The translations under genes were made by a program, and so were the position numbers. From an uncultured Gemmatimonadaceae bacterium (GTDB lineage: Bacteria > Gemmatimonadota > Gemmatimonadetes > Gemmatimonadales > Gemmatimonadaceae), in contig CAWFQK010000004.1 of the NCBI GenBank assembly GCA_963817955.1, forward strand, positions 128,001 through 192,000: DNA of 64,000 bases. The letters run 5' to 3'. Positions within the stretch are counted from its first letter, which is position 1, and each line of letters starts with the position of its first letter. Below, piece after piece: positions 21,385 through 33,076 of the stretch. The notes beneath the pieces were generated by a model. It was not told the origin of the DNA and made no database searches. It saw nothing but the letters and a program-made list of their open reading frames with translations.

Positions 21385-21582
21385 ATGCCAAAAATGAAGA
21401 CTCACAAGGGCGCCAAGAAGCGCTTCAAGGTGACTGGCTCGGGAAAGGTCCGCCGCTACAAGGCGTACAAGAGCCACATCCTGACCAAGAAGACGTCCAA
21501 GCGGAAGCGCCGCCTCCGTCAGCCCGGTCTCGTCGCAACAACCGGTGACCAAAAGCGCGTCAAGCGCCTGATTCAGGCTTAA
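21385..21582 (+). CDS. rpmI: 50S ribosomal protein L35
   Basis: [15 protein letters not shown]. Confidence 0.98.
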   Translation: MPKMKTHKGAKKRFKVTGSGKVRRYKAYKSHILTKKTSKRKRRLRQPGLVATTGDQKRVKRLIQA

Positions 21583-21594
21583 GGAGAGACTCCC

Positions 21595-21957
21595 ATGCCT
21601 CGTGCCGTATCGAACGTTCCGCGCCTGAAGCGGAAAAAACAGATCATGAAGGCCGCGCGCGGTGCCTTCGGTGCCCGCAGCAAGCTGTGGAAGCCGGCGA
21701 AGGAGACCGTCGAGCGCGGTTGGAAGTATGCATACCGCGACCGCAAGAACAAGAAGCGCGATTTCCGCAAGCTATGGATCATGCGCATCAACGCGGGTGC
21801 ACATCAGCACGACATGAACTACAACACGTTCATGAACGGGCTGAAGCTCGCCGGCGTCGAAGTGAACCGGAAGATCCTCGCCGATCTGGCGGTGCACGAT
21901 CCGGCCGCGTTTACGGCGCTCGTTGACCGGGCGCGCTCCGCGTTGAACGCAGCGTAA
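21595..21957 (+). CDS. rplT: 50S ribosomal protein L20
   Basis: YAYRDRKNKKRDFRKLWIMRINA, NRKILADLA. Confidence 0.98.
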   Translation: MPRAVSNVPRLKRKKQIMKAARGAFGARSKLWKPAKETVERGWKYAYRDRKNKKRDFRKLWIMRINAGAHQHDMNYNTFMNGLKLAGVEVNRKILADLAVHDPAAFTALVDRARSALNAA

Positions 21958-21974
21958 ATTCTCGCTAGTCATAC

Positions 21975-22017
21975 ACGGCGGCAGCGCGACATTCAGTCGT
22001 TGCTGCCGCCGTTTCGT
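21975..22017 (+). terminator. Terminator-like hairpin after rplT
   Basis: ACGGCGGCAGC...GCTGCCGCCGT followed by TTCGTT. Confidence 0.65.
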
Positions 22018-22043
22018 TGCTCGTGACTCGTTGCCGATCCCCG

Positions 22044-23072
22044 ATGCATCTCAACGACTATATCTCGGAAGCAGACACCATCGAGCGCGAGGGCGTCGCG
22101 ACGCTGCAGAGTGCAGCCGACGCGGACGCGCTCGAGGCGGCGCGCATCGCCTTCCTTGGCGACCGGCAGGGACGGGTCAGGGCGCTGCAGGAAGCGCTCA
22201 AGGCGATCGCGAAGGAAGACAAGCCGGCAGCCGGCAAGCGCTTCAACGAAGCGCGCACGCGCCTCGAGACGCTGTACGCCGAATGTCAGGCGAGGCTGGA
22301 TGCGTCGCGCGGCTCGAACGCCGGTGACGACCTGACGCTTCCGCCGCGCCGGCAGTGGCGTGGCGCCAAGCATCCCGTCACACTCGTCATCGAGGAGATC
22401 GAGTCGATCTTCCGTGAGCTCGGGTTCACCATTGCTCAGGGGCCTGAAGCGGAAACGGAGTGGTACAACTTCGGGGCGCTCAATTTCCCGGCGGACCACC
22501 CGGCGCTCGATGTGCACGACACCATGTACCTCGAGGCCGAGGGGTTGCTGCGCACGCACACCTCACCGGTGCAGGTGCGCACGCTCCAGAAGTACGCGCC
22601 GCCTATTCGCGTGCTGATTCCCGGCAAGGTGTATCGCCGCGATCCGTTTGACGCATCGCACGCCCCGGCGTTCGAGCAGATCGAGGGACTCTGCGTCGAC
22701 GAGGGCGTCAGCTTCGTCGATCTCAAGGCGACGCTCAACCTGTTCGCCGAGCGTTTCTTTGGCGCGTCGCGCACCCGCTTCCGGCCGTCGTACTTCCCGT
22801 TCACGGAGCCGTCGGCCGAGATGGACGTCCAGTGCGGCATCTGCGGCGGGGGCGGCTGTGCGGCTTGCAAAGGGACGGGGTGGATCGAGATCCTCGGCTC
22901 GGGAATGGTGCACCCCAGCGTGCTCGAGGCCGCCGGCATCGACAGCGAGCGGTACACCGGCTGGGCCTTCGGCATGGGGCCTGCGCGCATCGCCATCAGC
23001 CGGTATGGAATTCCGGACATCCGAATTCTTTACGATTCGGACGTGCGATTCCTGGAGCAGATCGCCGAATGA
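22044..23072 (+). CDS. pheS: Phenylalanine--tRNA ligase alpha subunit
   Basis: LRTHTSPVQ, FRPSYFPFTEPS, GWAFGMG. Confidence 0.98.
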   Translation: MHLNDYISEADTIEREGVATLQSAADADALEAARIAFLGDRQGRVRALQEALKAIAKEDKPAAGKRFNEARTRLETLYAECQARLDASRGSNAGDDLTLPPRRQWRGAKHPVTLVIEEIESIFRELGFTIAQGPEAETEWYNFGALNFPADHPALDVHDTMYLEAEGLLRTHTSPVQVRTLQKYAPPIRVLIPGKVYRRDPFDASHAPAFEQIEGLCVDEGVSFVDLKATLNLFAERFFGASRTRFRPSYFPFTEPSAEMDVQCGICGGGGCAACKGTGWIEILGSGMVHPSVLEAAGIDSERYTGWAFGMGPARIAISRYGIPDIRILYDSDVRFLEQIAE

Positions 23073-25513
23073 ACGTTTCGTACGAGTGGCTGAAAGCGTT
23101 CGTCCCGTTCGAACAGACGGCTGGCGAACTGCGAGAGCTCATCACCGCGCACATCGCGACGGTCGATGAGATGATGTCGTTGCGCGACGACCTCGCGCCG
23201 TTCGTCATTGCGCGAGTGGTCGAGGAGGCTCCGCATCCCGATTCCGACCACTTGCACATCACCAAGGTGGACGTGGGCACGGGCACGCTGCTCGACGTCG
23301 TCTGCGGCGCCCCCAACGTCGCGGCGGGCAAGATGTATCCGTTCGCGCCCACCGGCACGGTGCTGCCCGGTGGCCTCAAGATCGAGAAGCGAAAGATCCG
23401 CGGAGCCGTCTCGAACGGCATGCTCTGCTCGGCGCGCGAGCTTGGACTGGGACAGGAGCAGGACGGTATCCTCGAACTGGATGTCGACGTGCCACCCGGC
23501 ACGCCGCTGCTCAGCGCCCTGCCGCTCGGTGACATGCAGCTCGTCATCGATGTCGGTGCAAATCGCCCCGACCTGCTCTCGCACATCGGCCTCGCGCGCG
23601 ACGTCGCGGCGGTGACACGCAGCCCGTTCGGGCTGCCGGCCATTGCAGGTCTCGACGCCGCCGTGCCCACGGCAATTCCTGCGGCCGAAGCGGCACGGGC
23701 GGGACCAGTGAGCGTACGCGTCGCCGAGGCCGATCTCGTGCGTCGGTTCATGGGTGTCGCGATTCGCGGCGTGAAGATCGGGCCGAGTCCCGAGTGGCTT
23801 GTCCGGCGTTTGCAGGCGGTCGGCTCGCGTTCGATCAACAACATCGTCGATGCGAGCAATTATGTCCTGCATGAACTCGGGCAGCCGACGCACGCGTTTG
23901 ACCTCGCCAAGTTGAACGGCGCGAGCATCGTGGTGCGCCGCGCGATGACCGGCGAGCGCATCACGACGCTGGACGGCGCGGAGCGTACGCTGCGGGACGA
24001 CATGATTGTCATCGCCGACGCGGTGCGTCCGCAGGCGGTGGCCGGGGTCATGGGCGGCCGCGACAGCGAGGTGACGGATGACACCACCGACATCTTTCTC
24101 GAGGTTGCAAACTTCAACCCAGCGCGCATTCGTGATGCGCATCGCGCACTCGGATTGTCTACCGACGCGAGCCACCGCTTCGAGCGCGGCGTGGATCTCG
24201 AGATCGCCCCGCGCGCGCTGGAACGGTGCGCGCAGCTCATCATGCTGCTCGCCGGCGGCAAGGTCGATGGCTCGCCGGTCGACCTCGCGTACGACCGTCC
24301 GGCTCCGACGATCGTTGATCTGCGCACGAGGCGCGTCGCTGCGGTGCTCGGCGAAACGCTCGGCACGGATGAGATCGCGGCATTCCTCCTGAGCATTGGC
24401 TTCGGCGTGGATCGCGTCAACGACGATCTGCGCGTGACGGTCCCTACGTGGCGCCTGGACGTGACGGCGGAAGTCGATCTCATAGAAGAGGTCGCGCGGC
24501 TTCGCGGCTACGACAGTTTCCCGGTAGAGGTTCGTCCATTCCGTCCGGGGACGGTCGCGGATGATCCCCAGTGGGTCGCGTCGAAACGCGTTCGCGAACG
24601 GCTCGTCGGCAGCGGCCTGCTTGAAACCCGGCCCATGCCGTTTGTCACGGGCGGCGAGGGCTTCGTGCGTCTTGCGAATCCTCTGTCGGAGAACGAGGCC
24701 TATCTGCGGCGCGACGTGCTCGACACACTCGCGCGCCGCGCCGAGTATAACTTGGCGCGCATGCAGGGCAACGTCCGGATCTTCGAAATCGGATCGGTGT
24801 TCGCCCCGCGGATGAGCGAATTGCCGAACGAAGAGTTGCGCGTTGGGGCACTCGTCATGGGCCGGCGCCAGCCGCCGCACTTCAGCGATCCCAAATCACT
24901 GGAATTCGACACCTGGGCAACATTCGAGCATTGGGACGTCAAGGCACTCGCGCAGGCGATCGCTGAAGCGGCGTACCCCAATGCCACCATCGTGATCGAA
25001 CCTGGTGAGAGCGATGACGTTCTCTGGCAGGTGACGGCCGACCAGGGGGCGATTGGATTGGTGCGCCGTGTGGCACTCGATGCGCCGGTGTGGGCATCGC
25101 CGGCATTCGGTGTGGAGATTTCGCTTGGAGCCATAGACTCCGGGCAGGTGGCACCCGCCGGCGAGTCCGCATACCGTCCCGCTCCACGCCCGGAGCCGAC
25201 CGTCACCCGCTACCAGCCGCTGCCGACCACGCCAGCAGCCGAATTCGATCTCGCGTTACTCGTGCCGGAAACCGTCGAGGCCGAGCGCGTAGTGTCGGTG
25301 ATGCGCCGGGTGGCTGGGAGACTCTTGGAGCGTGTGGAGCTGTTTGATCGCTATCTTGGGAAGGGGGTCGATCCTGGCTTCCGAAGCCTGGCCTGGCGGT
25401 TGACCTTCCGCCATGCCGAGCGCACTCTACGGGACCGAGAGATCGATGCCCGCCGCTCCGACATTCTTCGAGCACTCGCCGACGAGCTCAATGTCAGACA
25501 ACGTACAAGCTGA
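23069..25513 (+). CDS. pheT: Phenylalanine--tRNA ligase beta subunit
   Basis: VCGAPNV, GMLCS, NRPD, FERGVD, DLIEEVAR. Confidence 0.97.
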   Translation: MNVSYEWLKAFVPFEQTAGELRELITAHIATVDEMMSLRDDLAPFVIARVVEEAPHPDSDHLHITKVDVGTGTLLDVVCGAPNVAAGKMYPFAPTGTVLPGGLKIEKRKIRGAVSNGMLCSARELGLGQEQDGILELDVDVPPGTPLLSALPLGDMQLVIDVGANRPDLLSHIGLARDVAAVTRSPFGLPAIAGLDAAVPTAIPAAEAARAGPVSVRVAEADLVRRFMGVAIRGVKIGPSPEWLVRRLQAVGSRSINNIVDASNYVLHELGQPTHAFDLAKLNGASIVVRRAMTGERITTLDGAERTLRDDMIVIADAVRPQAVAGVMGGRDSEVTDDTTDIFLEVANFNPARIRDAHRALGLSTDASHRFERGVDLEIAPRALERCAQLIMLLAGGKVDGSPVDLAYDRPAPTIVDLRTRRVAAVLGETLGTDEIAAFLLSIGFGVDRVNDDLRVTVPTWRLDVTAEVDLIEEVARLRGYDSFPVEVRPFRPGTVADDPQWVASKRVRERLVGSGLLETRPMPFVTGGEGFVRLANPLSENEAYLRRDVLDTLARRAEYNLARMQGNVRIFEIGSVFAPRMSELPNEELRVGALVMGRRQPPHFSDPKSLEFDTWATFEHWDVKALAQAIAEAAYPNATIVIEPGESDDVLWQVTADQGAIGLVRRVALDAPVWASPAFGVEISLGAIDSGQVAPAGESAYRPAPRPEPTVTRYQPLPTTPAAEFDLALLVPETVEAERVVSVMRRVAGRLLERVELFDRYLGKGVDPGFRSLAWRLTFRHAERTLRDREIDARRSDILRALADELNVRQRTS

Positions 25514-25796
25514 ACAACCCGCCATCCACGAGTTAGGGATACTTGTCCATCATCTCGCGGACGAGCTGGCTGGTTTCCGCCGGCGAGCGTTGCTTGCCGA
25601 AGCGCGCCTCAAGGAGATCGGTGCCCAGGAAGGCGGAGCGGTGAATCTGGAGTTGGCTACGAGAGTTGCGCAGCTGGAGACGGACAACGCAGCGCTACAG
25701 ACGAAGCTCGAGACGGCAACCATGCGGGCCAAGCAGATGCTGGACCGGGTGAAGTTCCTTCGACAGCAGGCACAAGCCGGAGGGGGCGAGCGGTGA
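25491..25796 (+). CDS. Small coiled-coil protein (ZapB-like position)
   Basis: Coiled coil between pheT and zapA with overlapping start/stop. Confidence 0.65.
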   Translation: MSDNVQAEQPAIHELGILVHHLADELAGFRRRALLAEARLKEIGAQEGGAVNLELATRVAQLETDNAALQTKLETATMRAKQMLDRVKFLRQQAQAGGGER

Positions 25797-26098
25797 CGAC
25801 GAAGAAGCACACCCTGCGCGTGTCCATCCTCAACGAGGAATACGCCATCCGCAGCGACACCCCACCGGAGCACGCCCGTGCGGTGGCGCATTACCTGGAT
25901 CAGGCGATCAGGAAAGTGATGGCGAGTGGCGCGGTCGTGGAATCGAATCGGGCAGTAGTCCTGGCGGCGCTGCAGATTACCGCCGAGCTGTTTGAGGCGA
26001 GATCCGCAGCCACGTCCGCGACGGCGTCGGTGCGAGAATTGAGTGAATATGTGCGGCCGTTGTTGCCACCGTCCAAGCGGCAGACGGCGTCTACCTGA
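25793..26098 (+). CDS. zapA: Cell division protein ZapA
   Basis: VSILNEEY...VLAALQITAEL; pheT-zapA-rny synteny. Confidence 0.85.
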   Translation: MTTKKHTLRVSILNEEYAIRSDTPPEHARAVAHYLDQAIRKVMASGAVVESNRAVVLAALQITAELFEARSAATSATASVRELSEYVRPLLPPSKRQTAST

Positions 26099-26142
26099 CC
26101 CGGGCTTTGTTGCCTTTTCCGCATCGGGCGTCTAACCTTAGC

Positions 26143-26295
26143 GGGCAGTTGCCGAGCTGACCCGTAGGTCCAAGCGCACTTTGTAGTTAGCGGACCCATC
26201 TCAGGCCCTTCGCCGGCGTGGGATCGGAACGTAAACATCAGGTGCGGCGTCGCGAAGCGGTGGTACTCCTTGTCCTGCGGCCGTGAGGCTGCGGT
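26143..26295 (+). ncRNA. ssrS: Putative 6S RNA (boundaries approximate)
   Basis: Promoter TTGCCT-17-TAACCT at 26110-26138; complementary ends (GCAGT/GCTGC, CCGTAGG/CCTGCGG); zapA-ssrS-rny synteny. Confidence 0.55.
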
Positions 26296-26311
26296 GGAGC
26301 ATAGATCCCAT

Positions 26312-27895
26312 ATGGACGTGATTGCAATCATTGCCGCGCTAGGCGTGTTCGTCATTGCCGCGCCGGCTTTTTTCTTAGTAGGGCGCAGCATCGGCACCAA
26401 GGGCGAGCTGGCGAAACAAGCCGCTGCCAAGGCCACCGCGGAAGAAACATCCAAGCGAATCATCGGCGAAGCCGAGCGCGACTCCGAAAACCTGCGCAAG
26501 AGCGCCGTGGTTTCCGGCAAGGAAGAGCTGATCAAGCTCCGCGAGAACTTCGAGTCTGACGTCCGTGGCCGCCGCGAAGAGGTGGAGCGCGAAGAGCGCC
26601 GTCTGTCCGAGCGCGAGGGCGTGCTCGACCGCAAATTCGAGCTGCTGGAGCAGCGCGAAAAGGATCTCGGTCGCCGTGCCAGCGAGTTCGGCCGGCGTGA
26701 AAAGACGATGGTTGATCGCGAACAGGAGCTCGAACGCCTGGTCGGCGAGGAACGGCGTCGCATCGAACAGATGGCCGGCATGTCGGCTGAGGACGCGAAG
26801 AACGAGCTGATTCGCCGTATGGAGGACGAGGCGCAGGCCGACGCCGCCAATCGCGTGCGCGAGATCCGCGAATCGGCAAAGCGCAACGCCGAGCGGGAAG
26901 CGAAGAAGATTGTCGCGCTCGCTATCCAGCGCATCGCCGCCGACCACACGGCAGAGAGCACGGTATCGGCCGTGTCGCTGCCGAATGACGAGATGAAGGG
27001 ACGCATCATCGGGCGCGAAGGGCGAAACATTCGTGCGTTCGAGCTCGCCACCGGGGTCGACGTGATCATCGACGACACGCCCGACACTGTGGTCGTGTCC
27101 TGCTTCGACCCGATCCGCCGCGAAGTGGCGCGTCTCGCGCTGGAGAAGCTCGTGTCTGACGGACGCATCCACCCCGGTCGCATCGAAGAGGTCGTCAACA
27201 AGTCACGTAAGGAAGTGGAGACACAGATCGTCGAGACCGGCGAACAGGCGGCGTACGAAGCCGGCGTTCACGGACTCCACCCCGAGCTGATCAAGCTTGT
27301 GGGACGCATGCGCTGGCGCACGAGCTACGGCCAGAACATTCTGCAGCATTCGAAGGAAACGGCCTGGCTTGCCGGGATCATGGCTGCCGAACTCGGGCTC
27401 GACGTGAGCATGGCGCGGCGTGGCGCGCTGCTGCACGACATCGGTAAGGTGCTCACGCACGAGCACGAGGGAACGCACGTGCAGCTCGGCGTGGAAGTCG
27501 CCACGAAGTACGGTGAGAACCCGTTGGTGGTGAACTGTATCGCGGCGCACCACGACGACGTGCCGCACGAGAGCGAGATTTCTGTTCTCGTGCAGGCGGC
27601 GGACGCCATCTCGGGGTCGCGACCCGGCGCGCGCCGCGAAGCGTTCGAAACGTACGTGAAGCGCCTCGAGGGACTCGAGAAGATCGCGGCGAGCTACAAG
27701 GGCGTGGAAAAGGTGTTCGCGATCCAGGCAGGGCGCGAGGTCCGGGTCATCGTGCTGCCTGAGGACGTGGACGACGTGCGCATGACGACAATGTCAGAGG
27801 AGATCGCGCGGCGCATCGAAGCCGAGCTGCAGTATCCGGGACAGATCAAAGTGGTCGTGATTCGCGAGACAAGAGCGGTGGACTTTGCCCGCTGA
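26312..27895 (+). CDS. rny: Ribonuclease Y
   Basis: N-terminal TM helix, KH ([12 protein letters not shown]), HD domain (LHDIGK), SRPGAR. Confidence 0.97.
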   Translation: MDVIAIIAALGVFVIAAPAFFLVGRSIGTKGELAKQAAAKATAEETSKRIIGEAERDSENLRKSAVVSGKEELIKLRENFESDVRGRREEVEREERRLSEREGVLDRKFELLEQREKDLGRRASEFGRREKTMVDREQELERLVGEERRRIEQMAGMSAEDAKNELIRRMEDEAQADAANRVREIRESAKRNAEREAKKIVALAIQRIAADHTAESTVSAVSLPNDEMKGRIIGREGRNIRAFELATGVDVIIDDTPDTVVVSCFDPIRREVARLALEKLVSDGRIHPGRIEEVVNKSRKEVETQIVETGEQAAYEAGVHGLHPELIKLVGRMRWRTSYGQNILQHSKETAWLAGIMAAELGLDVSMARRGALLHDIGKVLTHEHEGTHVQLGVEVATKYGENPLVVNCIAAHHDDVPHESEISVLVQAADAISGSRPGARREAFETYVKRLEGLEKIAASYKGVEKVFAIQAGREVRVIVLPEDVDDVRMTTMSEEIARRIEAELQYPGQIKVVVIRETRAVDFAR

Positions 27896-27899
27896 AGCG

Positions 27900-28788
27900 A
27901 TGATGGCCGAACAGAAGTTGATCGACGGGGCCGTGTTGGCCGATCGCGTCAAGGCGGAAGCTGCGTTGAAAGTGGCCGGTCTCAAGGCGCGCGGCATCAC
28001 GCCCGGGCTGACCGTCGTGCTCGTGGGCGAGGACCCGGGGAGCACGGTGTACGTCGGCTCCAAGGAGCAGGCCTGCATCGAGGCCGGCATGCACGGCGAG
28101 ACGATTCGCCGTGCCCGCGACCACCACGCAGGACGAGCTGCTCGCGGTCGTCGACCGGCTGAACGCCGATCCCGCGATCCACGGCATTCTCGTGCAGATG
28201 CCGCTCCCGAAGCAGATCGAGCCCCGACGCGGTCATGCGCCGCATCCGTCCCGACAAGGACGTGGACGGCTTCCACCCGGTGAACGTCGGCAAGGTGCTC
28301 ATCGGCGAGAACGACGGATTTGCGCCGTGCACGCCGTCGGGCGTGCATGTACATGCTTCAGGCGTACGGCGTGCGGACGGCCGGCACGGAGTGCGTCATC
28401 ATCGGGCGAAGCAACATCGTCGGCAAGCCGATGGCGACGCTGATGGTGCAGGCCGGGCATCGACGCCACGGTGACGGTCTGCCACAGCCGCACGCGCGAT
28501 CTCGCCGCGCACACTCGGCGCGCCGACATTCTCATCGTCGCCGCCGGCCGCGCGCGGATGGTCACGGCGGAGATGGTCAAGCCTGGGGCGGTCGTGATCG
28601 ACGTCGGCATGAACCGCATTCCCGACGCCACGAAAAAGAGCGGCACGCGCCTCGTAGGCGATGTGGATTTTGACGGTGTGCGCGAGGTGGCTTCGCTGAT
28701 CACGCCTGTGCCGGGCGGCGTGGGGAAGATGACCATCGCCATGCTCATGGCAAATACCGTGCGTGCCGCGGCGCAACTGTCGCAGTGA
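27900..28788 (+). pseudogene. folD: Bifunctional methylene-THF dehydrogenase/cyclohydrolase broken by four +1 frameshifts (probably assembly errors)
   Basis: [30 protein letters not shown] and TPVPGGVG motifs in five successive frames; shifts near 28110, 28223, 28345, 28456. Confidence 0.9.
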
Positions 28789-30047
28789 GCGGTCGGCGCG
28801 GTCCGCGCGCCAGCGAGCGCGCGGATCTCGATCTTTTTTCGCTGCCGCCGGCACCGCCGGTGGCAGCGCCCGCGGACCCCGGGGTGTTGGACACCGCGAG
28901 CTATCCGGGCGAGACGCCACAGTCGGCCGTACCGGTATCTCTGCTCACCCAGACGGCGAAGGATGTCATCGAGGGCGCGTTCATTCCGCTCTGGGTGCGC
29001 GGCGAGATCAGCGATTTCAAGTCACACCGCAATGGCCACTGGTACTTCTGCCTGCGCGACCACGCGGCCCAGATTCGGTGCGTCGTGTGGAAGCGCGACC
29101 AGCGCGGCATTGCGGCGGCGCCTGATGACGGCATGCAGGTGGCCGCACTGGGACGCCTCACAGTGTATGCGGCGCGGGGCGAGATGCAGTTCACGATCAC
29201 GCGCATGGAAGCGGAAGGTGACGGCCTCCGGCGCAAGGCGCTGGAGATCACGCGTGCCCGCCTGGAGGCGGACGGTCTGCTCGCGCCGGAACGCAAGCGT
29301 CCACTGCCGCGCTTCCCGCGCGTGATCGCCATCGTGACGAGTCCCGACGGCGCGGCGCTGCACGACATCGTGGCCGTCGCCAGGCGGCGCGGCGCGAACA
29401 TTCGGCTCGTGGTGGTGCCGGCGGCAGTGCAGGGCGACGCGGCCCCTGAGGAGCTGTGTTTCGCGCTCGATCAGGTGGACCGATGGGGCGGCGCCGATCT
29501 CGTCATCATCGGGCGCGGCGGCGGGTCGCGCGAAGATCTCTGGGCGTTCAACGACGAACGCGTTGCGCGGGCGGTGGCCGCCTGCCGTGTGCCGACGATC
29601 TCCGCCGTGGGACACGAGATCGACATCTCGATCTGCGATCTCGTTGCCGACCACCGTGCGGCGACACCGTCGGCGGCCGCCGAGCTGGCCACGCGCTCCC
29701 GCGACGAGCTGCAGGCCGAGTTGCGCAAATGCTCATTGCGCATGAGTAGCGCCTCACGCGCACTCGTGCGCAGCAAGGCCGACCACGTGCGGAACATCGG
29801 GCGCGATATCGCCTCCGCCGGGAGCATGCAGGTGACCCAGCGGCAGCATCAGGTCCAGGCCGTCGCGGGACGATTGCACGCGCTCAGTCCGCTCGCCACG
29901 CTCGCGCGCGGATACGCGGTCGCGCGCGATGGTGCGGGCAACACGCTCAGCGCCACCGCGGCGTTTGCGCCGGGCATGCCGTTCGATCTCGTCGTGCGCG
30001 ATGGCACCGTTCCGGCGCAGGTGCGCGTGAACCAGGGAACGCCATGA
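28785..30047 (+). CDS. xseA: Exodeoxyribonuclease VII large subunit
   Basis: GEIS...[32 protein letters not shown]. Confidence 0.96.
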   Translation: MSGRRGPRASERADLDLFSLPPAPPVAAPADPGVLDTASYPGETPQSAVPVSLLTQTAKDVIEGAFIPLWVRGEISDFKSHRNGHWYFCLRDHAAQIRCVVWKRDQRGIAAAPDDGMQVAALGRLTVYAARGEMQFTITRMEAEGDGLRRKALEITRARLEADGLLAPERKRPLPRFPRVIAIVTSPDGAALHDIVAVARRRGANIRLVVVPAAVQGDAAPEELCFALDQVDRWGGADLVIIGRGGGSREDLWAFNDERVARAVAACRVPTISAVGHEIDISICDLVADHRAATPSAAAELATRSRDELQAELRKCSLRMSSASRALVRSKADHVRNIGRDIASAGSMQVTQRQHQVQAVAGRLHALSPLATLARGYAVARDGAGNTLSATAAFAPGMPFDLVVRDGTVPAQVRVNQGTP

Positions 30048-30253
30048 CGTTTGAGGAACGCCTCGCCCGTCTCGAACAGATTGCGGCCGAGCTGGAGGGC
30101 GACGTCGAGTTGGCTCGTGCGCTCGCGTTGTTCGAGGAAGGCATCGAAGTCCTGCGCGCCGCGTCGGATGAATTGACACAGGTCGAGGCGCGCCTGCAGC
30201 ATCTGGTGGAGCGCGCCGACGGCACCTTCGATACCCTCGATCCCCGTGAATAG
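30044..30253 (+). CDS. xseB: Exodeoxyribonuclease VII small subunit
   Basis: [12 protein letters not shown]...LFEEG; synteny. Confidence 0.92.
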   Translation: MTFEERLARLEQIAAELEGDVELARALALFEEGIEVLRAASDELTQVEARLQHLVERADGTFDTLDPRE

Positions 30254-31154
30254 CGCGGCCGCCATCCACTGGGTGGCGGATCGCACCGCCATCGATCGCG
30301 CGTTGGCCGTGGTGTGCGAGCACTACGCGGCGGCGCTTCCCGGCACCGTGAGTGACGCGGTCACCTACAGCTTGCAGGGCGGCGGCAAACGACTTCGCGG
30401 ACTCCTCTTGCTCGCTGCGTACCGCACCGCCGGCGGCCGCGCCGACGCGAGCGCCCTCGCGGCGGCGATCGAGGTGGTCCACGCCTACTCGCTCGTGCAC
30501 GACGACCTGCCATGCATGGACGACGACGACATGCGGCGCGGGCGGCCCACGGTGCACCGCGTGTTCGGCGTGAACGCGGCGACTGCGGCGGGCGTGGCGA
30601 TGGTGCCGCTGGCCGCCAGTGCAGCGCTCTCCGCGAGCCGTGCGCTTGGATTGTCGCGGCCTGCGTGCGGGCAGATCGTGTCGGAGCTCATGCGCGCGTC
30701 GGGAGCCAGCGGGATGATCGGCGGACAACTGCTCGACCTCGAAGGGGAGGGTCGGCCGCTTGGTCTCGACGATCTCGAGCGAATTCACCGCGTGAAGACG
30801 GGCGCGCTGATCCGCGCGTCGGTGGTACTCGGCGGCATCGCGGCAAATGCGGAACCACGAGTCGTCGACGCGCTGTCGCACTTCGGCGCGGCCATTGGAC
30901 TCGCATTTCAGATTGCCGACGACGTGCTGGACGTCACCGGAACGACCGATTGCTTGGGCAAGACCGCCGGCCGGGACATCGCCCTGCAGAAGAGCACGTA
31001 CCCGGCGCTGCTTGGTGTCGGCGGCGCCACGCAACGCGCCGGCGACTTGGTGGCCGACGGATGCTCCGCGCTGCGTTCCGCGGGGCTGCTGTCGACTGAG
31101 CTCGAGGTCCTCGCGCGGTTCGTCATTGAGCGGGAGTCTTACGCCGCCCGCTAG
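30246..31154 (+). CDS. ispA: Polyprenyl (farnesyl) diphosphate synthase
   Basis: GGKRLR, HDDLPCMDDDDMRRG, FQIADDVLD. Confidence 0.92.
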   Translation: MNSAAAIHWVADRTAIDRALAVVCEHYAAALPGTVSDAVTYSLQGGGKRLRGLLLLAAYRTAGGRADASALAAAIEVVHAYSLVHDDLPCMDDDDMRRGRPTVHRVFGVNAATAAGVAMVPLAASAALSASRALGLSRPACGQIVSELMRASGASGMIGGQLLDLEGEGRPLGLDDLERIHRVKTGALIRASVVLGGIAANAEPRVVDALSHFGAAIGLAFQIADDVLDVTGTTDCLGKTAGRDIALQKSTYPALLGVGGATQRAGDLVADGCSALRSAGLLSTELEVLARFVIERESYAAR

Positions 31155-31181
31155 CTTTCTCGCTGATACTATGTGATGAGC

Positions 31182-33076
31182 ATGACCATTCTCGACCGAG
31201 TACATTCTCCCGCCGACATGCGCGGCATGACGCGCGACGAGCTGAAGCAGCTCGCCGACGCGGTGCGGCGCGTGTCATCGACGTCTGTTCCCGCACCGGC
31301 GGACACATCGGTTCGGGGCTCGGCGTCGTTGAACTCACCATCGCGCTGCACGTCGCATTCGATACACCGCGCGACCAGCTGGTCTGGGACGTTGGGCATC
31401 AGGGGTATCCGCACAAGCTGCTCACCGGCCGCAACACGGACTTCGAGACCCTGCGGCAGGAAGACGGGCTTTCGGGTTTCCTCAAGCGCTCCGAGAGCGA
31501 GTACGACACATTCGGTGCGGGCCATGCGGCGACGTCGATCTCTGCGGCCTTCGGCATGGCCGCGGGGCGCGACCTGAAGGGTGAAGACTTCAAGGTCGTC
31601 GCCATCATCGGCGACGGTGCCATGACGTCCGGACTCGCGTACGAAGGGTTGAACAACGCCGGCCACTCGGATCGTGACGTCGTCGTGGTGCTGAACGACA
31701 ACGAAATGTCCATCGCGCCGAATGTCGGTGCGATGCACAAGTATCTCACGTCGGTGCAGCGCAATTCGCTCTACAATCGCGTGCGTTCGGCGATCGGTGA
31801 CTTCGTGGATCACGTGCCCGGGCCGCTCGCGTCGATGAGCACACTCGTTCGCAAGTGGGAGGAGAGCGTGAAGACGTTCCTCACGCCCGGCGTGCTGTTC
31901 GAGGAGCTCGGCTTTCGGTACTTCGGTCCGATCGACGGGCACGACATCGACGGGCTGGTCGAAACGTTCACGGCGGTCCGTGAGATGAAGGGACCGCGGC
32001 TCGTCCACGTGATCACGCAGAAGGGAAAGGGATTCCCCGCGGGCGAGACGAGCCGGGAGAAATGGCACGCCCTGCCTCCGGGACACGATCCGGCGACCGG
32101 CGCTCAACTGAAGCCGTCGACGGCCAATCCCGCGTACACCGCGGTGTTCGGTAAGGGACTGTCCGAGCTCGGCAGAGAAGTGCCGGATCTTGTCGCGATC
32201 ACCGCGGCGATGCCGAGCGGCACGGGGACGGACGTCTTCGCGAAGGCACACCCTGATCGGTTCTTCGACGTGGGCATCGCCGAAGGGCACGCCGTCACAT
32301 TCGCTGCCGGCATGGCCACGCGAGGCATACGCCCCGTCGTAGCCATCTACTCCACGTTTCTGCAGCGTGGATTCGACAACATCATCCACGACGTGGCCAT
32401 TCAGTCGCTGCCCGTGGTGTTCTGCATGGATCGAGCGGGACTCGTCGGCGAAGACGGCGAGACTCACATGGGCCTGTACGACATCGCCTACATGCTCACC
32501 GTGCCGAAGATGACGGTCACCGCGCCGAAGGACGCGGGCGAGATGCTCGGACTGCTGCGCGCCGGTGTGAACCATCGCAGCGGACCCTTTTCCATCCGGT
32601 ATCCGCGCGATGCCTCACCCGACCAGCCGGGGCCGATGTCGGAGACCGAACCGGTGCCATACGGCACGTGGGAAGTGCTGCGCCGGGGAACGGGCGTGGC
32701 GATCCTCGCCGTTGGCACCATGGCACTGACGTCCGTCGCTGCGGCGGAGTCGCTCGCCGCGGACGGGCTGGACGTCACCGTCGTGAACTGCCGATACCTC
32801 AAGCCGTACGATGAGGTCACGCTCGCGGCTGTCCTCGCGGATCATCGGCAGGTGCTCGTGGTGGAGGAGGGAACCGTCGTCAATGGATTTGGCGCGTTCA
32901 TGTCTACGGTGATCGCACGATATGATTCGTCGGTCCAGGTGGCCGTGCATGGTGTGCCGGATCGCTTCATCTACTCGGCGTCGCGGGCACGGCAGCTCGC
33001 CATGTGCGGTCTCGATGCCGCCGGAATTGCATCCCGCGTGCGCGCGCTCCTCGAGAGCGAGGCGATCGCGGGGTGA
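31182..33076 (+). pseudogene. dxs: 1-deoxy-D-xylulose-5-phosphate synthase with one -1 frameshift near 31270 (probably assembly error)
   Basis: WDVGHQGYPHK, GDGAMT, LNDN, DVGIAEGH, YSTFLQR; N-terminus in a different frame. Confidence 0.9.
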
